Assembly: GCF_009914755.1 (NCBI RefSeq)
Contig: NC_060931.1
Reading direction: 5' to 3' (one strand)
Length of the DNA: 64,000 nucleotides
From: the human T2T-CHM13v2.0 reference genome, Homo sapiens
Part shown: one piece after another, positions 15,411 to 34,339 of the stretch
How positions within the stretch are numbered: position 1 is the stretch's first letter
Layout: every line of letters starts with the position of its first letter
Program-made: the position numbers and the translations under genes
Notes under the pieces: model-generated
Told to the model about the DNA's origin: nothing
Databases searched by the model: none
Seen by the model: only the letters and a program-made list of their open reading frames with translations

Positions 15411-18109
15411 TCAGGAAACCTGAAATGACCCACAGATCCTCTGAATGAAGCAGACTGCTCCTACAGGACTCAGGAGACACCCCAAATACTGTGAGTATAC
15501 AAACTGCAGAAGTGGAAAAGGGAGATCCTTCACCGCTGAACATGCACCCCCACTGGGGAAACTGAAGGTCTAGTTTGTGGGAGAAGATGCCGACCTTACC
15601 TGGAGGTGAGTCAATTGAGAGCCAAGTGAAATATGGGGGTGGAAGAAGCAGCAGAAAAGGCCCTAGGAGCTCACTGGGTCCCCAAGCAGGCCATTCCTTC
15701 CTGGCATCACAAGGATCTTTTTGGAGGGCAGCCACAGGCACGAGAAAAACACCACAGGGAGAAGAAAACCTCCAGCTGAACTTTGTGACAATTTGAACCA
15801 GCTGAGAAGCCTCCGGGCCAGAACTCGGCAAAGGGCGAGAATCCATCAAATCCATCCTGCAGACTCCACAGGTCACAGGTCACAGGGCCGGGGAAGAACT
15901 AATGCCCTTTTCTTTCACAGCTAGGAGGTGGGTAGCCTGGGGCAAGTTCTTAGCCCAGCTTGCTAACTGCGTGAAAACAGTCTTGGTGCTGTTAGGTGGG
16001 GCACAGTAGGAGTAAGACCAGCCCTTTGGATTGTGTAGAAGTTGGGTGAGGCAGGTGACTGCCAGCTTTTCCCCACTTCCCTGACAACCTGCATGACTTG
16101 GCAGAAGCAGCCATTATCCTCCTAGGTACATAAATCCATTGACCTGGGAACTTCACCCCCATCCTCAAAAGCAGCCAAAGCAGTATGTACCCAAGGAGAG
16201 TCTGAGTTCAGACACACCTAGCCCTGCCCCTACCCAGTGGTCCTTCCCTACCCACACTCGTATCTGAACACAAAGGGCATATACTCTAAGAAGTTGTAAG
16301 GCCCCACCCACTGGGTTCCTCTCCACCCTACCACAGCTGATGCTCTCTGGAAAGCACCACTTCCCAGAAGGAGGCAAATCAGCACAATAAGAGAGCATTA
16401 AATCACCAGTGCTAAGAACACTGGAAGAGTCCATTTCACCCCCGCTACCACCTCCACTGAAACAGGTGCTGGTATCCACAGCTGAGAAACCCATAAACAG
16501 TTCACAACACAGAACTCCGGGCAGACAACCCTTAGTTCCAGCCCAAAGTTTGGTAGATTTGCTGGGTGGCTATACCTAGAAGGGAGATAACAATCAATAC
16601 AGCTCGGCTCTCAGGAAGCCACATCCACAGGAAAAGGGTAGAATACCAAATAAAGGGAACAAAAGAATCTGAAAAACAGCCTTCAGCCCTAGACCTTCCT
16701 TCTGACAGAGCCTACGCCACTGCAAAGGAACCAAAAAACCAACTCTGGTAATATGACAAAACAAGGCTCTTTAACACCCCCAAATTATCACACTAGCTAA
16801 CCAGCAATAAATCCAAACCAAGAAGGAATCCCTGTTTTACCTGAAAAAGAATTCAGGAGGTTAGTTATTAGGCTAATAAGAAAGGCATCAGAGAAAGGCG
16901 AAGCCCAGTGCAAGGAAATTCAAAGAACAATACACAAAACAAAGGGAGAAATATTCAAGAAAATAGATAACATAAAGAAAAAACAATCAAAACTTCAGGA
17001 AACACTGGACACACTTACAGTAAAGTCTCAGCAATAGAATTGAATGAATAGAAGAAAGAAATTCAGAGCTCAAAGACAAGGTCTTCAAATTAACCCAATC
17101 CAACAAAGACAAAGAAAAAATAATAAGAAAATATGAACAAAGCCTCCAAGAAGTCTGGGATTATGTTAAATGACCACACCTAAGAATAATTGGCATTTGT
17201 GAGAAAGAAGAGAAATCTAAAAGTTTGGAAAACACATTTGGGTTGATAACCGAGAAAAGCTTCCTCAGCCTTACTAGAGACCTAGACATCCAAATACAAG
17301 ATGCACAAAGAACACCTGAGAAATTTATCACAAAAAGAGTATCACCTAGGCACACTGCCATCAGGTTATCTAAAGTTAAGACAAGGAAAAACATCTTAAG
17401 AGTTGTCAGACAAAAGCACCAGGTAACCTATAAAGTAAAAACTATCAGATTAACAGCAGATTTCTCAGCAGAAATCCTACAAGCTAGAAGGGACTGGGGC
17501 CCTATCTATCTTCAGCCTCCTCAAACAAAACAATTATCAGCCAAGAATTTTGTATCCAGTGAAACTAAGCATCACATATGAAGGAAAGATATAGTCTTTT
17601 TCAGACAAACAAATTCTGTGATAATTCATCATTACCAAGCCACTACTACAAGAACTGCTAAAAGAGCTCCAAATCTTGAAACAAATTTTGGAAATACACC
17701 AAAACAGAACCTCTTTAAAGCATAAATCTCACAGGACCTATAGAACAAAAATACAATTTAAAAAGCAAAAACAAAAAAACAAAAACCAAGGTACACAGGC
17801 AACAAATGGCACGATAAATGAAATGGTATCTCACATCTAAATACTAACATTGAATGTAAGTGGCCTAAATCTGCCACTTAAAAGATACAGAATGGATAAG
17901 AATTAACCAACCATCTGATGCCTTCAAGAGACTAACTTAACACATAAGAACTCACATAAAATTAAAGTAAAGGGGTGGAAAAAAACATTTCATGCAAATG
18001 GACACCAAAAGTGAGCAGGAGTAGCTATTCTTGTATCAGACAAAACAAACTTTAAAGCAGCTGCAGTTTAAAAAGACAAAGAGGGACATTATAGAACAAT
18101 AAAAGGCCT

Positions 18110-18426
18110 TGGCTGGTTCAATCCCAGCACTTTGGGAGGCTGAGGCAGGTGGATTACAAGATCAGGAGTTCAAGACCAGCCTGGCCAAAATGGAGAAACT
18201 CCATCTCTACTAAAAATACAAAAATTAGCCGGGTGTGGTGGCAGGCACCTGTAATCCCAGCTACTCGGGAGGCTGAGGAGGAGAACTGCTTGAACCCAGG
18301 AGGCGAAGGTTGCAGTGAGCCAAGATTGTGCCACTGCACTCCAGCCTGGGCAACAGAGCGAGACTCCATCTCAAAAAAAAAAATTTAAAAAAAAAAATAA
18401 TAATAATAGTAATAATAATAATAATA
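18110..18426 (+). mobile_element. Alu in L1, (AAT)n tail
   Basis: TSD aataaaaggcctt. Confidence 0.92.
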
Positions 18427-18828
18427 AAAGGCCTTGTCCAACAGAAAAACATCACAAACCTAAACATTCATGCACCTAACATTGGAGCTTCTAAATTTAT
18501 AAAACAATTACTAATAGACCTAAAAAATGTGATAAACACAGTAAGAGTGGGGAATTTCAATAGTCCACTGACAGAACTAGACAGATCAAGACAGAAAATT
18601 AACAAAGAAACAACGGACTTAAACTATACCTTGAAACAAATGGACTTAACAGATATATACAAAACATTCCATCCAACAACCGCAGAATACACATTCTACT
18701 CAACAGCGGGTGAAACTTTCTCCAAGATAGACCATATGATAGGCCACAAAACAAGCCTCAATAAGTTAAAGAATATTGAAATTATATCAAACACTCTCTC
18801 AGACTACAGTGGAATAAAACTAGAAATC

Positions 18829-19140
<312 letters not shown>

Positions 19141-19540
19141 TCAACTCCAAAAAAACCTTCAAAACCATGCAAATACATGGAAATTAAATAACCTGCTTCT
19201 GAATGATCATTGGGTCAAAAATGAAACCAAGATGAAAATTTAAAAATTTGTCTAACTGAATGACAATAATGACCCAACCTATGAAAACCTCTGGGATACA
19301 GCAAAGGTAGTGCTAAGAGGAAAGTTCATAGCCCTAAACGCCTACATCAAAAAGACTGATAGAGCACAAACTGAGACTGTAAGGTCACACTTCAAGAAAC
19401 TAGAGAAACAAGAAAAAACCAAATCCAAATGCAACAGAAGAAAGGAAATAATCAAGATTAGAGCAAAACTAAATGAAACTGAAGCAAAAAAATACAAAAG
19501 ATAAATGAAACAAAAAGCTGTTTCTTTGAAAACATAAATA

Positions 19541-19886
<346 letters not shown>

Positions 19887-22681
19887 TTACAACTGATACC
19901 ACATTAATACAAAAGATCATTCAAGGCTACGATGAATACCTTTACACACATAAACTCGAAAACCTAGAAGAGATGAATAAATTCCTGTAAAAATAAAACC
20001 CTCCTACCCTGAACAGACCAAAAGCAAGTAGCTTTTAAAATGGTAATTTTAGAATTACCAACAAAAAGTCCAAGACCAGACAGATTCACAGCAGAATTCT
20101 ACCAGACACTCAAAGAAGAATTGGTACCAATCCTATTGACACTATTCCAGAAGACAGAGTAAGAGGGAACCCTCCCTAATTCATTCTATGAAGCCAACAT
20201 CATGCTAATATCAAAACCAGAAAAGGACATGATCAAAAAAGAAAACTACAGACTTATATCCCTGATGAACATAGATGCTAAAATCCTTAACAAAATACCA
20301 GCTAACTGAATCCAACAACATATCAAAAAGATAATCCATCATGATCAAGTGAGTTTCATACCAGGGATGCAGAGATGGTTTAATATATGCAAGTCAATAA
20401 GTGTGATACACCACATAAACAGAGTTAAAACTCACATGATCATCTCAATAGATGGAGAAAAAGCATTTGACAAAATCCAGCATCTCTTTATGATTAAAAC
20501 TCTCAGCAAAATTGGCATACAAGGGACATACCTCCACGTAATAAAAGTCATCTATGACAAACCCACAGCCAACATAATACTGAATGGGAAAAAAGTTGAA
20601 AGCATTCCCTTTGAGAACTGGAACAAGACAAGGATACCCACTCTCACAACTCTTCTTCAACATAGCACTGGAAGTCCTAGCCAGAGCAATCAGACAAGAG
20701 AAATAAAGGGCATCCAAATCAGTAAAGAGAAAGTCAAACTGTCACTGTTTGCTGGTGATATGATCTTTTATCTTGAAAACCCCAAAGACTCCTCCAAAAA
20801 ACTCCTAGAACTGATAAAAGAATTGAGCAAAGTTTCCAGGTATAAGATTAATGTACACAAACCAGTAGCTCTTCTATACACCAACAGTGACCTAGTGGAG
20901 AATCAAATCAAGAACTCAACCCCTTTTACAGTAGCTGCAAAAATAATAAAATACTTAGAAATATACCTAATCAATTACATGAAAGACCTCTACAAGGAAA
21001 ACTACAAAACACTGCTGAAAAAAATCATAGACAACACAAACAAATGGAAACACATTTTATGCTTATGGATAGGTAGAATTAATCTTGTGGAAAATGACCA
21101 TACTGCAAAAAGCAATAAACAAACTCAATACAATCCCCATCAAAATACTACCATAATTCTTCACAGAATTAGAAAAACCAATTCTAAAATGTATACAGAA
21201 CGAAAAAAAGAGCCCACATAGCCAAAGCAAGACTAAGCAAAAGAATAAATCTGGAGGCATCAGACTACCTGATTTCAAACTATACTATAAGCCATAGTTA
21301 CCAGAACAGCATGTTACTATTATAAAAATCGGCACATAGAACAACGGAACAGAATAACGAACCCAGAAATAAACTCAAATACTTACAGCCAACTGATCTT
21401 TCAGAAAGCAAACAAAAACATAAGTGGGAAAAGGAAACCCTTTTTAACAAAAGGTGCTGGGAAAATTGGCTAGCCACATGTAGGAGAATAAAACTGGATC
21501 TTTATCTCTCACCTTATACAAAAATAAACTCAAGATAGATTAAGGACTTAAATGTAAGACCTGAAACTATAAAAATTCTGTAAGATAACATTGGAAAAAC
21601 CCTTCTAAACATTGGCTTAGGCAAGGATTTCATGACCAAGAACCCAAAAGCAAATGCAATAAAAACAAAGATAAATAGCTGGAACTTAATTAAACAAAAG
21701 AGCTTTTGCACAGCAAAAGGAACAGTCAGCAGAGTAAACAGACAACCCACAGAGTGGGAAAGGATCTTCACAATTTATACATCTGACAAAGGACTAATAT
21801 CCAGAATCTACAATGAACTCAAATCAGCAAGAAAAAAACAAACAATCCCATCGAAAAGTGGGCTAAGGACACGAATAAACATTTCTCAAAAGAAGATATA
21901 CAAATGGCCAACAAAAATATGAAAAAATGCTCCACATCACTAATGATCAGGGAAATGCATATCAAAACCATAATGCAGTACCACCTTACTTTTGCAAGAA
22001 TGATCATATCAAAAAATCGTAAAACAGTAGATGCTGGCACAGATGCGGTGATCAGGGAACACTTCTACACTGCTGGTGGGAATGTAAACTAGTACAACCA
22101 CTATGGAAAACAGTGTGGAGATTCCTTAAAGAACTAAAGGTAGAACTACCATTTGACCCAGCAATCCCACTATTGGGTATCTACCCACAGGAAAAGAAGT
22201 TACTATCTGAAAAAGATACTTGCACACGCATGTTTATAGCAGCACAATTTGCAATTGCAAAATCATGGAACCAACCCAAATGCCCATCAATCAACAATGG
22301 GATAAAGAAACTGTGGTATATATATAGGATACTACTCAGCCATAAGAAGGAATGAACCAATGGCATTTGCAGTGACCTGGATGAGATTGGAGACTATTAT
22401 TCTAAGTGAAGTAACTCAGGAATGGAAAACCAAACATTGTATGTTCTCACTGATATGTGGGAGCTAAGCTATGAGGATGCAAAGGCATAAGAACGATACA
22501 ATAAACTTTGGGGACTTGGGGGGGCTTGGGTGGGAGGGGGGCAAGAGATAAAAGGCTACAAATAGGGTGTAGTGAATACTGCTTACGTGATGAGTGCACC
22601 AAAATCTAAAAAATTACCACTAAAGAACTTACTCATGGAACCAAACACCCTATAGAAAAATAAAATTTAAAAAATAAAAGA

Positions 22682-22990
22682 GAAATTGAGACCAGTCTGG
22701 ACAACATTGTCTCTATCAAAAATACAAAAAAACTAACTGGATGTGATGGTGCATATTTGTAACCCAGCTACTGGAGACGCTGAAGTTAGAGAATTTTCTA
22801 AGTTTAGAAAGTTGAGGATGCAGTGGGTCATTAATTATCACGCCACTGCAAACCAGCCTGGCTGACAGAGCGAGGCCACAAGAAAGAACAAAAGAAAGAA
22901 AAGAAGGAAGGAAGGAAAGAAGGAAAGAAGGAAGGGAGGGAGGGAGGGAGAGAGAGAGAGAGACAGAGAGAGAGAAAGAGAAAAGAAATA
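22682..22990 (+). mobile_element. Old Alu (J-like), 3' part, with purine microsatellite tail
   Basis: gagaccagtctggacaacat..cactgcaaaccagcctgg; (GGAA)/(GA)n at 22880-22990. Confidence 0.75.
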
Positions 22991-23148
22991 AGACGCCTGA
23001 ATGGCTTCAGTAAAAAAGCATACAATATGTTCTCTATACGAGACTCATTTTAGCATTGAGTCAAATAGGCTGAAAGTAACAAAATGAAAAAAATCTTATT
23101 TCATGCCAATAGTAACCACGATTGGGTGAGATGGTCATCATTATATTA

Positions 23149-23506
<358 letters not shown>

Positions 23507-23760
23507 TCAAAGATTGATATTATATAATGGTAAGTAAAATGGGTCAATTTACCAGGAATCTATAACTATCATATTTATCTATCTATATGTATGTGTATTA
23601 ATAACATCAGGTCTCCAAAATATATAAAGCAAATATTGACAAAGGTGAAGAAAGAAATACATAGCAACATAATAATTGTAGATATCAAGACCCCATTTTC
23701 AATAATAAAAAATTAAGAGAAAAGATTAATAAGAAAACAGAAAACTTAGACATTATAGAC

Positions 23761-24171
23761 TGTATTGATTATTTTGCATATAGAGGAATAGCTAAGAGTG
23801 GATGATTTATAAAGAAACATGTTTATTTGGCTCACACTTTGGCAGACTGTACAAGAAGTGTGTGCCAGCATCTGCTTCTGGTGAGGGTCTCAGGAAGCTT
23901 ACAATCATGGTGGAAGGCAAAGAGTAACTGGACATATCACATGGTAAGAGACAGAGCAAGTGTGAGGTGAAGGAAACACGTTCTTTTAATGAAGCAGCTT
24001 TCATTTGAATTAATAGAGTGTAAACTTTCTGATTACCACGAGGATGGCGTCATGCCATTCATGAGGAATTTGCCCCCATGACCCAAACACCTCCCACCAG
24101 GTCCCACATCCAACATTAAGGATTACATTGCAACATGAGGTCTGGAGAACACGGACACCCACACCATAGCA
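23761..24171 (-). mobile_element. MST (MaLR) solo LTR
   Basis: Reverse strand TGCTATGG...AATACA; diagnostic cagcatctgcttctggtgagggtctcaggaagcttacaatcatgg; 5-bp TSD tagac/tagaa. Confidence 0.88.
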
Positions 24172-24302
24172 TAGAACAACTAGGCTTAACAGACTCATAA
24201 AAAACTTCTCAGTCAAAAGCAACAGAATATATGATATTCTTATTTGCACCTAGTGTATTCTGTTAAAACACATAATGGGTCTTATTAAATTTAACAATAA
24301 CA

Positions 24303-24600
24303 ACTGGGTGCAGTGGCTCATGCCTATAATTCCAACACTTTGGGAGACCAAGGTGGGAGTATCATTTGGGACAAGAAGTTTCAGGCCAGCCTAGGTAACA
24401 CAGTGAGGCCCTGTCCCTACAAATAATCAAAAAAAAAAGCTAGACATGATAGTGCATGTCTGTAGTTTCAGCTACACAGGGAGCTGAGGTGGAAGGATCA
24501 CTTGAGCCCAGGAGGCTGAGGCTGCAGTGAGCCAAAATTATGCCACTGCACTCCAGCCTGAGTGACAGTAAAATCCTGTCTCAAAACAACAATGATGAAT
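24303..24600 (+). mobile_element. AluJ-like
   Basis: Diverged Alu dimer. Confidence 0.88.
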
Positions 24601-24719
24601 AAATCTAAGAACACCAAAATCATACACTGTGTGTTTTCTGACAAAAACTTAATAAAACTAGGAATTAAAAGCAAACGTAAAATTGGCAAATCCAAAAATA
24701 TATGAAAATGAAACACACA

Positions 24720-24860
24720 GGCTGGGTGTAGTGGCTCAAATGTGTAAACTTAGAACTTCAGGAGGCCAAGGCAGAAGGATTACCTGTGCCTAGGAGTTTG
24801 AAAGTAGCCTGGGCAACAAGGTGAGACCCTGTCTTTAAATTTAATTTAATTTAAAATAAA
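24720..24860 (+). mobile_element. FLAM
   Basis: Diverged monomer. Confidence 0.75.
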
Positions 24861-25160
24861 ATAAAACATACTCTTTGACATAGTTTTGCTCAAGGGTCAA
24901 AAAATTTAATTTTGTTAAGATGTCAATATAACCTAAAGTGGTAAAAAAATTCAATATGATCTCTATAAAAATCCCAATAGCACAGTTTTTTTTACAGAAA
25001 TGTTTAAAATTTTTTAATTTGATTATGATCATAACTAGCTAAACAACCATGAAAAAAAAGCATTATACTTCCTGATTGAAAAACATATTAAAAGCTACAA
25101 CAGCAAAAACAATGTGGTACTGACACAATGACATATAAAGAGATAAAAAACAGAATAGAC

Positions 25161-25586
<426 letters not shown>

Positions 25587-26271
25587 TCAGGTTACCTACA
25601 CTGATAAAGCTGAATCCTTTCCTTGAACTATATACAAAGAATATTTGAAATAAAATATTTAGAAATTTAAAAAATAACAATCTCTTAGAAAAAATATAGG
25701 AAAAAAACATGACATTGGTATTGGCACCATTTTCTTAGATACAACATTAAATGCATGAGCAACAAAGAGAAGAACAGAATAACTGAACTACACAGTACTT
25801 CAAAATTTCTGCATATCAAAGAAAACATTCAAAAGAGTAATGATGCCTCCTAGGAAATGGGTGAAAATATTTGCAAATCACATGTGATAGGAGTTAATAT
25901 TCAGAATATATAAACAACTATTAAAACTGAATTATAAAGTTGAATAATAACTTAGAAGTGGACAAATAATTGAACTAAATTTTCATCAAATTGATACAAA
26001 TGCAAAAAAGCATTTGAAAGGATACACAAAATACTAATTTGTAGACAAATGCATGAAAATCACAATGAAAAACAGAATCCTCTTACACCCATTATAATAG
26101 CCACTATAAGTTTTCTAGAAAACATCAAATCAGTTGATGATGCAATGAAAATTTGCAACAAAAACACGTTAATTGTTGGTGCAAAACAAGGATGCAACCA
26201 TTATTTACAAATGTTATAAATGTTCCTCAAATAATTAAAAATGGAATTATTAAATACAGCAATCCCACTTA

Positions 26272-26691
<420 letters not shown>

Positions 26692-26759
26692 TTATAAATA
26701 CATAAAAAAAGTAACATATGTATACAATGGAATATTATTCAGCCTTAAAAAAAAATCTT

Positions 26760-26885
26760 GGGAAGCTGAGGGAGGAGAATTGCTTGAACCTGGGAGGTAG
26801 AGGTGAGCCAAGATGGCACCACTGCGCTCCAGCCTGGGCAACAAGAGCAAAACTTCGTCTCAAAAAAAAAAAAAAAAAAAAAAGA
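26760..26885 (+). mobile_element. 5'-truncated Alu (right arm)
   Basis: TSD aaaatcttg. Confidence 0.85.
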
Positions 26886-27167
26886 AAATCTTGTCCCATT
26901 TTATTATAAATGTTGAGAATTATGTCACCTAAAATGAGCCAGTAACAAAATGATGGGTACTGTATGATTCCACTTATGAGATATCTTAAGTAGTCACACT
27001 CATAAAAACAGAAAGTGGAAGCGTGTCTGTCAAGGGCTGAAGAGAGGGTAAAATGGGCAGTTGTTACTTAATGTGTACTGAGTTTTAGTTTTACAAGATG
27101 TAAAACTTTTAGAAGTATTTTGCCTAACAGTGTGAATACACTTAACATGCTCGAAATGTACAACTTT

Positions 27168-27455
27168 TATTCAGACAGGATCTCACTCTGTCACCCAAGC
27201 TGGAGTGCAGTGGCACAATTATGGCTTACTATAGCCTTAACCAGGCTGAAGTAAATCCTCCCCCATCAATCTCCCAAGTAGCTGAAACCACAAGTGCACA
27301 CCACCATGCCTGTCTTTAAAAATAGTTTTTTTTGTAGACTGGGTCTTTATATGTTGCCCAAGCTGGTCTCCAAATTTTGGGCTCAAGTGATACTCCTGTC
27401 TTGGCCTCTCAAAATCCCTGGATTACAGATGTAAGCCACCACCATGCCTGGCCCT
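27168..27455 (-). mobile_element. AluJ-like
   Basis: Diverged reverse Alu; TSD gaaatgtaca. Confidence 0.85.
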
Positions 27456-27755
27456 GAAATGTACACTTCAATGAATTTAAGATGGTAAATTTTATGTTAT
27501 ATTTTCACAATTAATTTTTTAAAAGAAAAACTGAAAAAATAAAGATTTATAAATCTTTTCAAAAATTATCTTCAAATCACAAACGTGTTTCTCTCATGCA
27601 AAAGAAATATATATTCATCATTAAACACATGGTGAAAAGAAGGCGATTTCCATGACTACTCATTTAGATATGATCGGACAACCATTGAAAATCAGCTAAG
27701 AAAGAATACCTACAAAATAAGCCATAACCAAAATGGAGGTCATATTTGTAGATAA

Positions 27756-28097
<342 letters not shown>

Positions 28098-30207
28098 GAT
28101 TTATCTTTTAATTAAACCCCATGTTGACTTAAAGTTTACAAACAGAATTGCAAAATGTCTAAATATATAAGTAAAACAAAAAATCACAATAAACTGATGT
28201 TTAAAAAGTACACTAAATAAAACACTAATATGGAACTGCAAAACAATAACTAAAGAAATGTTTACTCACAAAATCTGCTTTGCAATATTTATGTGCCATT
28301 AAAAAATTTGTCTAGATAATTACAATATTTGACTATGTGTACTCATGGAAAGCAGGTATTTCAAATCATTGGCATGCGCTGTGTTGCAATAAAATTTCAG
28401 GAAAAAAACAGTATAATTATAAATAAAAGATTCTAACAATAAATTTATAATAAACAAAAATTTATAAGAAATTAGTATTTATGTTTTAAATATATGCTAT
28501 TCTTACACAAAATAAAACTACTGTAATCCAACTTTAGAAGCAAAACAATAGTCTTGCATTGCTAAATTTAAAAATTATATATTTTGCAGAATATGGTTAG
28601 CACTTCTTATATATAAAACAAATATTTAGAAATTAGTTATGTTGTTATTTAGATATATGCTTAAGTGGGTGAAAATCCTGTAATTCCTGTTTGCCTGAAG
28701 CAAACTTAAATTTATAAGTAACATCAGCCATATCATGTAAATTCTAGCATATTGTCCTAAATGTCTGAACCTAAAGTACAGAAAAATTTGAAATAGAAAA
28801 TAGAAAGTAAAAATGTATAGGGAGAGTGACATCAGTAAGATGGAAAAATAAAAGGTTCCTTATTTGCTTATCATCCCACAGCAAGAAAATTTATCAGCCA
28901 TCCCTGTCAAAAATGCATTTATGTGAGCCATGGCTCACACCTGTAATGACAGCTACATGGTACATTCAGGTTGGGGAACTGCTTCAGGCCAGGATTTCAA
29001 GACCAACCTGGGTTATGAAGCCAAAACCCATCTCAAAAATAAGTGCCTTTAAGAGAGCTTTGAGATCCAGAGAGGGTGTTGTGAAACTGCTACAGTCTAA
29101 GATTAAGGAGTGTTCTTTTCAGAAGGCAGGCCCTCATTCAGGTGGAAAAATACAGGACCCCTGTTCTAGGCTGCAGACCAGGAAATGGCCCACCAAATTT
29201 GGTCCCACTGAGAATTCTGAACTTACTCTCTAATCATCCCAAACTCCTCCCAGCCACAGTCTGGGAGAGACCGTGCCCTTCCAGAGGCCTGGAGGAAGAC
29301 AGCCATTTATAGCCACGCAGGCAGGCCTGCAGACCTTGTCCTTTACTGTGGTTTCTGAAGCAGTTCGATGACTCAGTTCCAGCTCCCTGAGCCACAGTTC
29401 ACGGCCAGTTCTGCCTATAAAGGAACCCACACAGTGACCTGAAAAAATTCTCTTTGATACTCAGTGAAAGCCATACTCATCCACATTCTGATATAAGGCC
29501 CACCATATATAGACCCAATTACAAAAACCTGCCCTACTGTCTGCCCTACAGAGCAACATCCAGAAAAATATTTAGTCTGTTCCTAAATATAATGAAAATT
29601 ACAATTACCCAAGCCCCTGTTAAGCCAACTAAAGGTGAGCCCTAGTGCAGACCCAGCAGCCTTGTGACCAAGCTACGCCCCTCTCCACTACAAACCCAGA
29701 GGACATCCCATCACCCTGAGAACCCAACAAAAAAATCTTTACCTTCTAAACCAGTTTATAAAAACTTAAAGAGGTGTTTGCTCCTTTAAATTCAGACACC
29801 AATGCAAAACTATATTGTACCCACTGTAAATACTTTATTTTAACATAGAACTGCAAGTATGTGGCAGAAAAATTAGTCAAAAAAAGTTTTTAAACTCACT
29901 GAAATTGAAGACAAATGAGTAAAAACTTGCTGCTTATCGATCATATGCTCTTATATATAAAAAATTATAAACAGTATACTAAAACCTGTTTAAATTAATA
30001 AATACATTCAGTAAATTAGCAAAATATAAAATTAACATACAAGTTTAAGTTATGGTTCCATACACTTAAAGCAAACTGATTATTAAGAAAACAATCTTAT
30101 TTACAGTAGCATTAAAATAATTTCTGAGAACAAATTTAAACAAGGAGGTAAAAAAATCTTTACAATAAAAATATATTAATGAAATAAATTAGAGAAGAGG
30201 CAAATAA

Positions 30208-30495
<288 letters not shown>

Positions 30496-31197
30496 ACGCA
30501 AATAAATTTTAAAGTATTTTATGTCTATGGATTGAAAGCATAAATATTGTTAAAGTGCCATATTATCCAAAATAATCTATGGATTCAATGAACTCCCTAT
30601 CGAAATTCCAGTGGCATTTTTTTACAGCAATGAAAAATAAAATCCTAAAATTTATATGAAACTACAATAAACTTTGAATAGTCAAAGCAATCTGGAGGAA
30701 AAAGAACAAAGAAGGACATTATACTTTATAATTTCGAACTATATTTCGACTATCAAAAAAGACTATAATAATAAAAAGATGAAATGTGCAGAAAAAGGAA
30801 CCAAAAAAATGGAAAAGAAACCACTAATCACACACATTTCAGACGTGATGTAGAAAGAGAACTTAAAAAATAACAGTTTCTCAAAATTTTGCAGATATTT
30901 GTGTGTCCCTAAAACAATGGAACATCAGTCAGATTGTGCAATCTCTTATAAGCCATAAAGAGGACTTTGGCTTACAGTAAACTTGAAGGAAGATCACTGA
31001 TGGGAAAGTAGAATTTTTAGAGAATTTAAGAGCATAAAGAAGATGCCCCTATGTGAGAGCAAGAGAAAAGAAACTGAGCTTCCCAAAAACTATTTTCTCT
31101 GGAACATAGCTTCCCAAATCCCATGTCAAGAACTGACTTTCTCTTTGACATCTGGACCTCTCATCTGTGTCATCTGTTGTATTCACTATCACTCTCA

Positions 31198-31332
<135 letters not shown>

Positions 31333-31727
31333 TCATATTCTCCAATTACCAAACTACTAATGTGCTCAGTAAAGAGAATGTCATAGCATATTCTAGTAAA
31401 TTAATCCCAAATTACTAATTTATAACAGACATTTCTAAATATTTAGAAAATACTTTAAATTTTTAGGTCTTTAATTTCACTACCCAGTACTACTGAATCA
31501 AAAATTGGTGGGGGCAATTAAATTTTAAGGTGTGGGCAACAACATTTTATGCCATCAAATTTCTGTAATTACCACTAATCTAGAGTGAAGGACATAGATC
31601 AGCTCAGGAATGTGGAAAGTTCAGGTCAAGATGAAACGTACTGAAGGAATTTTTTTCTACATGGACAAAGCTCAAAGATTTTCTTGAAAACAGGGATCTG
31701 AAACTCATTTATGCAAAGCACAAATTA

Positions 31728-31969
<242 letters not shown>

Positions 31970-32472
31970 ATATATTTACTAAATGACCATGGGCAGAATT
32001 TTTATTTTGGCTCAAGGCAAAGTAAGACAGTATAGAAAACTGATTCTGACTTACAGGAGTGAGTCAAATTATACAATAAAATAAATTTCAATGCAGAAAT
32101 ATTCTCTAATATATTCTTTAACTCAGATAAGAGAACAGCATAAGATCCACAACATCAGTGTATATATACTTTTTTGAAGAAAAACTATAACAGGACATGA
32201 ATACAAACATGTAAATTTTTGAGTGCTATATTTACATCATACACAATGAGTTGTGTATATTTTTCAGATAGAAAAGACATGTTGAATTAGAAGGTACATC
32301 TCAAATTTTAATGTGTACAATAAACTGAAGATCTTATTATGCGGACTGTTTTTAGAAAATCTGGAATAAAGTTTGAATTTCTGAATTTCTAACAAGCTCA
32401 CCAGTAATGCCAATGTTTTTGGCCCAAGAAGAGTATTTTGTCAAACATCCACTAAGTAAAAGAGCCTGTGTT

Positions 32473-32830
<358 letters not shown>

Positions 32831-33952
32831 TCATCTTCCAAAGACATATATGCAAATAAAACCTAAGGAAGAAAGGCAGCTGCCAAATCAAATGTGATAA
32901 TTTATGCACATCAGCTGCATAAAGATACTTACTAATGAAAAGTAATTAACTATAAAAAAAACTTGTCAGACAGCTCTTTAGCCAAGTGAATCATTAACAT
33001 CAACTGCACTAGGAACAAATTTTTATGATGTGCTGATGCACAAAGAACACAGCATCACTGCTGGAAGACTGCCCCCAAAAAGTAAATTATAATCTAAATT
33101 TAACCATAAAGAAACATCAATTTTATGCAAAGTTCAAAATACAGGTATCTCCTATTTACTGTACTATTAAATAGTGATTTTAAGTAGTCTTTCTTCAGCA
33201 CCCTAGAAAGCAGGAATCTCCTAAAATTTTTTTCAGAACTTCATGGGTGATAAATGCCATTCTGTTTAAATAAGCATTTTCTTGATCCTTTTCTGTATAG
33301 AGCTAATAGAGAACACAGATGGATCCTCAACATTACATGTTCTTTTTCTTTACTAAGGACCCCAGCTTTTCCCCAGTAGAAATCTTGAGTATCCACACGT
33401 TCCCATAATTCAACAGCTACAAAGGAAATATTTTTAATATTGCAGATTCTAAATTCATAATGAGAATTCTGCATGGCACATAAGAAGCCATGATGCAGAG
33501 AATGTAAAGAAGGCTCTGGTACACAGGAAAAATATTTTTCTGAGACCCTTGACTATTATAATGAATTTTTAAAGTAATTGAAACTAGCTCATTAGGGAGG
33601 AAAAGATTGAGTAGAGAAGTAAAGGTTTGCAAGTACTAAACACATGGCATTCCAGGAGGAAGAGTGGACACAGCTCTTGATCTGAGACAGGTTTAAGTAA
33701 AAAAAAGAACCAATTCTTCCTGTTTCTCCTTTTTTGGAATTCCTTCTCAGATGAGATTCTCTGGACAAATTACACTTGTATCTTGAGAATATGCCTCTAA
33801 AGGTGTCAGCACCCCCTGTTTACCTGCTACCACCACACCCACAGGCAGAAAAACCAAAACCTGGAGAAAAAGTCCACCCACTTCTGTCCTTTATACAAGA
33901 AGAGATTCGGGAACAATGAGACGCTCCATGAAGATAAAAATACAAGTTTCTC

Positions 33953-34339
<387 letters not shown>
